Source: Camelus dromedarius (Eukaryota). From it: DNA of 64,000 bases. Location: NCBI RefSeq assembly GCF_036321535.1, contig NC_087436.1:26352001-26416000 (forward strand), in the 5' to 3' direction. How positions within the stretch are numbered: the first letter of the stretch is position 1; each line of letters opens with the position of its first letter. Positions 54,289-64,000 of this stretch are shown piece by piece. The notes below the pieces were generated by a model. The model was given only the letters and a program-made list of their open reading frames with translations, searched no databases and had not been told where the DNA came from. The position numbers and the translations under genes are program-made.

Positions 54289-54834
54289 TGTTTTGGAGGG
54301 GGAAATTTTCATCCTACTCCTCTTAAGTTCTTTTAGTTGGTCTAAATAAATTGACACAAGACAGATGAACAGGAGAAAAAAAAAATTAATTTGTACACAT
54401 GGAGGTCTCATAGAAATGGTACTCAAGGAGTGATCAAAGCAGGCATCCTTAAACTTTACAGACAAAGAAACAATAAATTTGTGAGGAATTGACAGGACAA
54501 AGAAACTTAGGCTTTGTGTGCTTAATCAGTGAAGAACCCATACAGACTTTCGGCTTAAATAAATATTAATATAAATTAGTAAGGAAGTAACAAGATTTCT
54601 TTATATAGCCTTTAAGGCCCTGACTTTCCTATCTCTGGTGATAAGGATGTCAGTCTACCTCCTGGTACAGGGAGGGTACCTTTCATATTAGAGATGTATT
54701 TTCTGTTTTCAGGGAGACAGAGAAGAGGGTCAGAGTGTCCTTCTTGCACCAGCTGTTTTTTAAGTAACTTTAATTCAAAATAATCAATATGCCACTTTGG
54801 CATATTTCAGGGTGGCCTTCCCTGAGCCCCAACA
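54289..54834 (-). mobile_element. MER34-like ERV1 solo LTR
   Basis: TG...CA termini, TSD attt/gttt; homologous to the 39778 host and the 22442 fragment. Confidence 0.88.
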
Positions 54835-55869
54835 GTTTAAAAATACTAGACTAATTTTTGCTAGTTTTTGATCGTACAGATGAACCTAATGGCAAAATAT
54901 GTTGATTGCTAATAAAGTCATTTAATATTCTACACACCTGCATATTTATCAGCTCTAAGTGCAGTCTAGCAATCAGCAATATCCCCATGATAACTCTCCT
55001 GTGGTGCCTGGCAAGATAATATAATGCCTGATGAGCAGTAAGGTACTCTTGAACCAAGAGGTAGTCAGCTCTCAATTTTGGTACAAAGGAAATGAGTTCA
55101 CCCTGCTGCCCCAGGCAGTGGAGCAAGTGGAGCAGAGCACCCCCGGGCAAGGAAAACCCTAGCAAGTCTAATCATTTAAAAAAGGTCTGCAACCTTTCCA
55201 AAGATTTTTAAAAGATGAAACAGACTGTTATACGCCTATTAATAATATATACTTAACAGCAAAATGCTTTTTCAGTGAAAGAGTCTTGTAATTTAGAAAG
55301 TAGAGTCCTTATTAGGTGCTGTATGCCTAATAAAGCATTGTAATAAATAGCTGTTCCAAAAGAACTGCAGCTCATAGATCTTTCTTGGGGCATGATGACG
55401 CTTTGAAGAGGGTGTATGTTCCTCGCTGTCATTAACACTAATGGAGTTACACTTGTGTACATATTTTACTATTTATAATGCAATGTGCAGTAATAAGGCC
55501 CTGCAATATTTGCTTTTCTATTACTAAGCCAAGAACTAAAAAGCAAACTGAGCACTTTGGGGAAACTTGAAGTACTGTATGATTGTATGCATGGCCCGGA
55601 CCATACTTTGTTGTAACATTTGCTCAGGATATGGAAGAAGTGCAACTTATTCACCTTTCTGTCACCATCTAGATTGGGACCTGGTATATTACAGATAGCT
55701 AAATATCTGTTGAACAAAAAAACAAATGAATGGTACATTCTAGATTCTTCTTAAATTTTTCTTTCCTTTGGAACTAAAGACTACTTAATAATCCACTGTC
55801 CATATATTTCTTACTAAAACAAATAATACATAAAATAAAGAAAAATAATGCAAGATGACTTCTCACTTG

Positions 55870-56520
55870 CACTAATTTATTCTCTATATATTTATCAAAT
55901 GCCTACTTTGTGCCTGGCACTTAGGACAGATCAGTGGAAAAAAAAATAGACAAAAATCCTTGGTGTCATGGAACTTACATTCTCATGGGGAAGGAGAGAC
56001 AATAACTGTAATTAATAGTAATATGTAAATTAGATTATATTAGAAGATGATTCAATTTTGTGACAGAAAAAAAAAAAGTAGGGCAGGATAAGGGGAGTCA
56101 GGAATGCTACTTTAGAGGGAGAGATGTAGCAGTTTTAAATAAGATAGACAGGGAAACCCTCACTGAGAAGGTGAGACATACAAAAGGTAAAGAAATGAGC
56201 CACATAGTCATCAGAGGAGCAGAACGCAGAAGAAAGCTCAGGCAGTGAAAAGGTGCTAAGGGAAGAATATATCTGCCATGTTAGAAGAGCAGGAAAGACA
56301 ATGTGGCTGAAGCATTGTGGAGAGAAGTAGAAAAGTGGGTCAGAGAGGCAATGGGGGACCAGATTAAGTAGAGCCTTGCAAGCCATTGTTAAGGACTTTG
56401 GATTTTAACTCTGAACCAAATGTGGAGCTGTTGGAGAGTTTTGAGTGAATGACCTGGCTTCTTTGTTAAGTATTAACAGTTAGGAAATAAGAGTGGAAAC
56501 AGGTAGAGCCCACCACAGTA
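55870..56520 (-). mobile_element. L2 3' region (resumes at about 57898-57985)
   Basis: 'atttatcaaatgcctactttgtgcctggcact', 'gtcatggaacttacattct', 'agccttgcaagccattgttaaggactttggattttaactctga'. Confidence 0.85.
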
Positions 56521-56573
56521 CTGCAGGGATGGAAACATTTTCTCTTCTTCTCTTCTAGATTCTTTGGTTGATC

Positions 56574-57098
56574 TGTTACCGGCAAAAGGGAAATAAGAAT
56601 TACCTCAGTTCTTAGACACCCCCCAAAAAAAAGAATTTTTACACAAGAGACAGAAAGTGTGATATAAGCAAGATTTTTATTAGTGAAGTAAAAAGATAGT
56701 AAAAGATAGTACACTTCCGAGATTTGGCAATGGGCCATTCCAAGAGAGGAAAAGTGGCACCACTCCTTTGTTTTCCATCTTATACCCTGGCTTAGGGGCA
56801 TTTTTGTGATTGACTGATTGGTTAATGGCTCAAGTTCTTTGAGTGAACAGGTTGATTAACAACTCAGCTCTGGCACACCCATCCACTTTTGGGCAGGTTC
56901 ATGGGGTCAGATTACTCCAGGTCCTTCTCTTTGGGCAGCTGCAGCGTTTTGATTTTAACTGGCTTCTTTTGCTGGCTCTCATTTAGGGAAAATAAAAATT
57001 TCTGGAGTCCCTTTTACTGAATGCAGAAGTGCATGGGTTGTTTCTTTTGCCTTCCTCTCCCCCTGTTCAGTACTCATTCCTATCTAAACTGCCTAACA
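56574..57098 (-). mobile_element. Nested ERV1 solo LTR
   Basis: TGTTA...TAACA termini, perfect 4-bp TSD gatc, minus-strand AATAAA. Confidence 0.9.
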
Positions 57099-57464
57099 GA
57101 TCTAATAATTAAATCTATAGAAGACAGATTAACAGGAGAAAAACAAAATTGCACATGTATGGAAGCCTCATTAAGATATAAAGACTCCAAAGGCAGCCAG
57201 GTAACTGAAGCTTATATAACATCCTGAGCTAAAGGGGGTAGGGAAATGAGGATACAAAGGGGAGGAAGATCATTCACAGGAAGGTGAGAGAGATTCTTGG
57301 GAAAGACAGGTTGCCCTGTTATAAAGATAAGTTTGCTAGGTAAAAAGTATCTCTGGTAATGGCTCCCTTTCTGGATCAGGCCCCTCTCCAATGTAGATTT
57401 AGGGAGTTGAGAGTGAGATAAAGAACTTTGCCTGAATCTACTGGGTTTTGATTGTCTTTAGCTC

Positions 57465-57831
57465 TGTTAAAAACCAAAAATTAAACCCAATAAATTTAAA
57501 GATTAACTGGTTTTATTAAATGATGTATGAATAGTAAGAAACCCATCTAACAAACACAAAGGTGCTCTGAGGAGTTGTACAAAATGGAAAGTTTTTAAAG
57601 GCAGAAAGGAGATGGGAAAAGAAAGATAAGTGGATTATCTCAGACATGATCACCTTTCCTTAGGGGAAGGGAGTGGGTCTTGTGCAGTTACCTTACTAGG
57701 AAAATTCCAGACTTAATTTGTTTAAAATTCCACTCCTGGGCAAGTCTGAAACTACCATTAGGTGAAGTATGAAGTCTTGGTGGGGCTTAGAACAAGTAAT
57801 TCCATCTGGGGCTTGGTGTTTCTTTTCAACA
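57465..57831 (-). mobile_element. Nested ERV1 solo LTR
   Basis: TGTT...AACA termini, perfect 4-bp TSD gctc. Confidence 0.9.
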
Positions 57832-58023
57832 GCTCAAAATAATCCACATGCCAAAGTGACATATTTTGGGATGACAAATTTTGCTTCCCTTCATTACCTT
57901 ATGTATTCAATGTGCTGTGTAAGATAAAGACAGAAGGTGAGAATGAGTTCCAAATTTTTAGCCTGGGCAACCTGGAGTGAAAAGTTAATAATCTAAAAAT
58001 TATGTAGACAAAGTATTAGTGGA

Positions 58024-58912
58024 TGTAGGGATCCCTAAGCTAGGAAGCCCACCAAAATGTGGGTTCTTGTCACCAGCTGTGAAAGAATTTGAGCAGAGGG
58101 CAGAGGGACAAAATGAAAAGCTGCTTTATTGCTCAGAAGGGGAAATGGAAGGAAGGTGCTTGAGCAGGGAGAAGGGAAGAAAATCGCTCAACGAGGAAAA
58201 AGTGCTTGAGCGGGGAGCTGTCAGCCAAGATGGCTGGTAGAGACAGCTCCAGCCCAGGTTGGGCCACATGAACTTTTATGAGAGGCTTCCATCATGGTGT
58301 CATCATTCCGAGTGTGCAGCCAATCAGTCCTTGTTTGAGTTTTTCAGTCCTTTTGTGGTTGTTGTCATGGCAGTCATTAACTGTCATGGCATTGGTGGGT
58401 GTGTCATTTAGCATGCTAATACATTACAGTGAGCATTAATATAATGAGGCTCAAGGTCCATTGGAAGTCATATCTTCTACCATCTTGGACTGGGTGGGTT
58501 CTAACCAGTTCTTGTTTCTTCTGTGTAGCTGTCTCCTGAGACTCAGATAAGAGTAATTGGTTTCTATTTGAGGGAGGGGCAGATTCTGGAGACAACAGCC
58601 TTGGTAATGCAAAGAAAAGTTGCTTTTAATCAGAATGCCTACAATCTAGTGGACCCAGCATCCCCCTCAATAAAACATCTCCAAAGATTCTGTTCAGCCA
58701 TGAAAGTTTTATAGGGAAATGAAGGAATAATCTCAGTTAATCGTTGAGATAGGTGGTCAGAGATGCTGCCATCCCCAAATGCCTGCAAGCTTATCCTAAT
58801 CAACTGCTTGAGCCAGCTCTTCTGTGACTCAGGGAGGCCTGGGAGACATCAACTTATGTATAAACAAGAAGCAGGGGTTGACGGGGTGCCCACAAGGTCC
58901 TGCTCACTTTCA
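58024..58912 (-). mobile_element. ERV1 LTR sequence, probably two abutting LTR pieces (junction near 58608)
   Basis: Minus-strand AATAAA near 58125; the right end is the reverse complement of 'tgaaagtgagcaggacc', like the start of the 28219 LTR. Confidence 0.65.
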
Positions 58913-58979
58913 AAAGTACAATGAATTGTGTAGTATCTTAGAATCTGTGTAGTGTACTGTAAAAAATGTAGGTGACATA

Positions 58980-59760
58980 TTCACTGAAAATTATGCTTGA
59001 AACTAAGTCCCCCTAAAACTGAGTTCCCCTGTCAAGACTATGATTAACCTCTCTAACTAAACATTTATTCCCTTTCTTATCTTATCCCTGTTCTCCTCAG
59101 GATTAAGGAACTTGAAAGAAAGGGGGAGGGGACTGAAACCTAGCAGGACCCTATGGGACCTTCCCAGGTACAAAAGCCCCTCTCTGTCCCCCATTTCTCC
59201 TTTGCAAAAAAAAGCTTTAGTCTCCTAGGCCTTCCCTGAGTTTCAAAGAGCAGACTCAAGCAGTTGCTAATTAGAGAAGTGAGAGAATGCAGAAACAAAA
59301 GTAATCAAGCAAGAAAGGTAACCACAGCTTAAACAATAGTTCAGTGATAAAACAGAGTTCTAATTCCTCCTCAAGGGGTATGCATAACAACTTGACGAGT
59401 ATCTTTGAGTTGTTCTGCAGAAACTAACACTCCCATCTAGGTGGAGGATGGTGACTTCATGCTGACAATAACCACATAGATCCCACACTGGTTGGAACCA
59501 GCAGATTGATGATTAAGATTCCTAAAACATCACCTGTCCACCAGTCAATCAGAGGAAAGTCCACAAGCTACAACTTTTACCCCAAATGTTGCCTTTAAAA
59601 ATTCTTCCCTGAAAGCCATCAGGGAATTCAGGTCTTTTGAAAAGGAGCTGCCCATTCTCTTTGCTTGGCACCCTGCAATAAATGGTGTACTTTCCTGCAC
59701 CACAGCCCAGTGTCAGTAGATTGGCTGTACAGAGGGTGAGCAGATCCAAGTTCAATTTGA
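58980..59760 (+). mobile_element. ERV1 3' LTR (59133-59760) with polypurine tract and a short internal remnant
   Basis: 'gaaagaaagggggaggggac' directly precedes 'tgaaacctagcaggaccc'; homologous to 28219-28755; AATAAA near 59677. Confidence 0.82.
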
Positions 59761-59854
59761 AAATGTGTTTAAGAAAATAAACTCCAAATCAGGGTCCAAA
59801 TGAGAAAGGATCTTGTGTTTGGGCTTAATGACTGCCTAGGTCAATCCCAAAGTT

Positions 59855-60260
59855 CAATCATTCATTTTTTGCATTCAACAAATATTTTTGGACTACCTAT
59901 TTTATGGCAGATGCTGTTCTAGGGATTGGTGATAAGATAGTATAAAAATCAGGAAAAAAAATTTATCCCTTGTAGTTTACCTACAGTTGAGGTACAAATA
60001 CAGTGAGCAAAATAAATTAGTAAAATATTATAAATGTTATATAGTGATAAATGCTTAGAAGGAAAAAAATATATATATATCAGAGAAAGGGAATATAAAA
60101 TGACTGGGCAAGAAGGTGTTGAAACTTTTAAAAAGAATGGCCAGGACAAGTACCACTGGGAGGTGACTTTTAAGTAAAGACATTGAGGAAGTGATGAAGC
60201 TAATATAAAGATACTTCTGGAAGATCATTCCAGCAGAGGAAAAAATAAACCATGAAGACC
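59855..60260 (-). mobile_element. L2 3' end
   Basis: 'cattcaacaaatatttttggactaccta', 'ggaggtgacttttaagtaaagac'. Confidence 0.8.
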
Positions 60261-60971
60261 TTCTCATTCAGACTGTCAGCAAAGCTCTAGTATGGCCTGA
60301 TAAAGGAGAACAATGAGGATCAGTCCTCAAAGAGTCTTCCAAATTGACCCAAGATGATCATCACAGCAGAAAATTGTCATTTTGTGATCTCTCATCCCAT
60401 TCTGGATTTGGAGTTTAGGGACTAAATTCTGATCCCATCTACAGGGTGGGAAAAGAGATTCAGCCTACTGAGAGAATTGAACATGATCATTTGAGGTATT
60501 TTAGAGACTGAGGTGATTCACAGCTGAGTGGATAGATTCTATCTTTATCTTTGGGAATGCCTAAATGTTTGGTGTTTGACTCTTGGCCAACATAAGGGCA
60601 GTAGGACTTATGATATGCCGTATAACATCTAAGCTGCTCTTAGCAACTCCCAAGGCAACCCCCATGGCTAATTTCTTTATTGATGGCTTAAGACTAGCCT
60701 AACTGGTTAGATAAGCCTGACTTGATGGTATGAATGTAGGGATTTATAAGAATCCTTCATTTGAAGCTTCACTCATTGATGCCTGTCCCAAAACTCACAC
60801 TCCTTGTACAGATCTTGGCAATTCAAGGCATGTTAAGCATATTTCATGAATATGGTTGGGTCCATGGGCACCTTATGCTGTGGAATGCCTCTTGGACACA
60901 TGATGCATATCAGCATTCTTTTTCTTTCCCTGCACATATCCTTTGCTTTTAAATAAAAGCCTTGTATGAGT

Positions 60972-61534
60972 TGAAGGAGAGCAAAATTTGCCACCCCAAA
61001 GTGTATCTTTGGCATGTGGATCATTCTGGGGGAAAAAAAAAAAGTCAAGGCCCAAAGGACTCAGGAAGAAACTTTCCTTCCCCTTAATTGCCTAAAAGAA
61101 TGTAGATAGAGGACCTGTTCCAGGAAAGGAACATCACCATAGAAAGCTATATAGTATGAACTAGGTGTATAGACAGGGCAGAACCTAGTGAAGTCTGTTA
61201 AATTTCTCTCTGTGTCCCACTGTCTGTGCATGGCCCAGCAAACATTTGCTTACCAAACATTTGCTTTTCTATCTTCATGTGAATTGCCTTCCTCACCTTT
61301 GAAGTCCCAAACTACTACCCCAACATCCTCTGTTGTCTTTAGCTGAAGATTGTATTTAAAGTGAGGGCTTTGAACATTTTAATGAGTTACTCTGTTTTCC
61401 TCAGTCTCTTTCGTGTGTACATGTTGGTAAATTTTTGTTTGATTTTCTCTTGTTAATCTGTCTCAAGTGAATTTAATTTTTAGACTGTCCAGGAGAACCT
61501 AGAAATGTAGAGGAAAATTTCTTCCTCTCTGACA
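60972..61534 (+). mobile_element. MER34-like ERV1 solo LTR
   Basis: TG...CA termini, perfect 4-bp TSD gagt; homologous to 50477-51027. Confidence 0.9.
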
Positions 61535-62269
61535 GAGTATATTCTGTGGAGTCTACTAAGCTGTTTAAATATTCCAACTGGATAAAACAATATAGGTACC
61601 AGTGTAAGAAAAAGAGCTGTCACAACCAAGGTTTATAGTACGTGCACTTAGATAGATCTGGAGAGTCAGAGATGTGTAGCTACCTCTCTGCCAGCATAGA
61701 AAGATCACTCCACTCACTCTACATACTCACCATCTTCATTGTTAGTTGATACATACTGTAATATAAATTTAAATGCTGACGTATACCAAAAAACTGAGTG
61801 CCTAAGATTTTTAGGAGATGTTCAGGTCATTCATAGTTAATTGAATATGAAATAAATATAGTCAAATATATTCTGGAAAAGCTTCAATTATGACAAAGTA
61901 TCTTTTTATTAAGAAAAAGGGAAGGGGCTTTTATTTGTTACGCTCTCTGATTGTTCTCTAGCACTTACAATAGAGGCTGATACATCAAAGACATTCAATA
62001 AACACTTGTTGAAAGGATAAATAAGCCACAGTGCTGAATTTAAATACCAGTACTTTATCACATATCATGTCTATCGATAGGTGAATTAGAGCATTTAAAT
62101 TAATTCTGTGACATATAAAACATATCTGGGACTTAGATAGTAGCAGGATGTTTCTCCAAACTGTTGGCCAGTCATCCTGGAAGCATAAGCCTTCACGTCT
62201 ATTATAATCACTTTCCTAGGCAATGTCTTACCATAGTTGACTGACTATTAGTTGAACACATGAATGTAT

Positions 62270-62540
62270 GTAGATTACAGCAGATATTTATTGCTCTTCA
62301 GTCACCCAGAAAGCATTCACCTTTCTTTTGGGAAAAAAACATACTTTGGAGTAGCAAATTCTTTAGCTCATTTTTAGCCTCTGAGACACTGAAAGTTATA
62401 GGTGATGTCCTTTCTGGTGCTGGGTTTAAACTTTTTGTTTAATTATTTAATTCCCCTTAGATCCTTAAAATAAATCCCAATTGTATTCAAAATTGCCAGA
62501 CTTAAGTTTCTTTTGTCTACAGCCAAATGACCATATCTGT
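62270..62540 (+). mobile_element. Old MLT1-like LTR fragment
   Basis: 'aaataaatccc...gccagacttaagtttcttttgtctacagccaa'. Confidence 0.45.
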
Positions 62541-62982
62541 TAAAGTAAACTAAATATGTTATGTGAGGAATACTATAGCATGTAGTTATAGTTTTTCAGC
62601 TTTAAAAAATGAAAGAGGGGAAGATGTAGCTTATGACTAAGGGAGAAGCTGTGAATTTTGAAAGGTTTTGCACTGCTTCTGAGAATTCATGTAGATTGTG
62701 TCATGCTTCATAACATGCTTCAAATAAAATAAAAAGGATTGGAAGCAGAGAATTTCTGCCCCTAAGCTCATTTATGGTTGTTTCCATTTCTAGCTCTTTC
62801 TCTGTTTAGTATTTGACCTCAAAGAGTCAAATATAGTAACAACCACTATGGATTGAACTTCTCTCAAAACTAACTGTTAATGAAAGCAGTAGGCTGCAGG
62901 CAGGCCTTTTCTAAATAAAATTGAATCACTTTAGTTGTTTGTATTATTGATGCTTAAAATATCCTATATGACGATTCCACAT

Positions 62983-63735
62983 TATGATACTGTGATTTAT
63001 AATAAAAATAACGTATTTGGTTTTTGTCCCCAGTTTGGACACAGAGTTCATAAAGCCCTTGGAATTTCCTAATAAGAGTAATAAATGCCTCTTGATATTC
63101 ATAACAAATCCTTTTCAACCACACCTGAGTTTATTTTAATGAGGTGGCTTTGGGAAAGTGCTTAAATATGGGGGCTGGTTGCCAAAAGAAGGAACCAAGT
63201 GAAGAGAGATGGAACTTTCATCCCACTCTGGGGCTACTGAATAAAGCCTACATTAAAAAAAAGGGGGGGGTGTTCAGAGAGATTCCAGGTTGATGGACCC
63301 ATGGAGATTTGGGGAGAGTGGTGCACCTCTTCTCACATACCTTGCCCTATGCCTCTCATCTGGCTGTTCCTGAGTTATGTCCTTTTATAATAAGCCAGTA
63401 GTTTAGTAAGTAAACTGTTTCTCTGAATTCTGCGAATCACTTAGCCAATTAATTGAACATGAGGAGAGGGTACTAGGAATCTCTGATTTATAGTCAGTAA
63501 ATCAGAGGCACAGATGACAATCTGGACTAGAGATTGATTTTTAAATGAGGGGCCACAGTCTGCTGGGGCTGAGCCCTTAACCTCTAGGATCTGACGTTAT
63601 CTTCAGGTAGTATCAGAACTGAGTTAAATTTGTGGGACACTCATTCAGTATCCCTTGAGAACTGGAGAATAGATTGATGTGGGCAAAACCTCTGCATACC
63701 TGGTGCCAGAAGTGTGAGTGTGATAGTAATGTGGA
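62983..63735 (+). mobile_element. MER21B-like LTR
   Basis: 'tgtgatttataataaaaata', 'aaagcccttggaatttcct', 'accacacctgagttta', 'catctggctgttcctgagttatgtcctttataa'-like motif, 'gagcccttaacctctaggatctgac'. Confidence 0.82.
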
Positions 63736-64000
63736 AGTAAGAGACATAAAGGAAGAGTAAGTCTTTTCCAACACATTGGACACATATTTTTACATATGTT
63801 TTTGACTTTTTATTTGCTGACAACCATTTGAGATTCATTTAGATAAGAAATATATGATTTCCTTAGTTATTAAAAAGTTAAATATTTTAAAGTTGTTTCC
63901 AATCTTTTCTCCCAATTTTTATATTTCCCAATTCTTTCCACCAATTGAAAGACTGTATAGCATATATATCCTTGTATATCAATACTTTAAACTCAAATAC

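Larger units (their letters stand above)
56522..57893 (-). mobile_element. MER34-like LTR (host) split by two nested LTRs
   Basis: Pieces 56522-56573, 57099-57464 and 57832-57893 resemble 40545-41077; TSD gtac/ttac. Confidence 0.85.

Noticed and set aside
55390..55470. C/D box snoRNA starting at atgatga
   Set aside because: There is no downstream CTGA D box and no terminal stem.
50477..61534. LTR pair 50477/60972 as a provirus
   Set aside because: Each has its own distinct 4-bp TSD (ataa, gagt), so they are independent solo LTRs.
1..64000. The listed ORFs (60-133 aa) as protein-coding genes
   Set aside because: They are short, compositionally biased, often lack an ATG start and mostly lie within decayed repeats. 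None resembles a protein I know apart from L1 remnants.

Overview
AT-rich, CpG-depleted, repeat-dense mammalian genomic DNA, most likely from a camelid (camel/alpaca/llama). The basis is two tRNA-derived Vic-1-type SINEs and young L1 3' ends of the kind I recall from camelids. I recognise no protein-coding gene, intact RNA gene or CRISPR array; the listed ORFs are short chance ORFs, most of them inside decayed repeats. The window holds old L1, L2, MIR, MaLR/ERVL LTRs and a MER3-like DNA transposon, plus an unusually dense set of ERV1-type LTRs between about 22 and 62 kb, including two LTRs that each carry two nested LTR insertions. The most notable detail is a 23-nt perfect tRNA-Cys(GCA) fragment ending at the anticodon. 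It sits between 17-bp target-site duplications (TSDs) exactly at an ERV polypurine-tract/LTR junction (24691-24746). Other notable features are a 121-bp local duplication that replaces the 3' half of an LTR, several template-switch-like scars, an L1 with its 5' end fused directly to its 3' 2 kb, and two candidate micro-exons. I do not see a new multi-gene biological system here. Repeat family names come from memory of consensus sequences and were not checked against a database.
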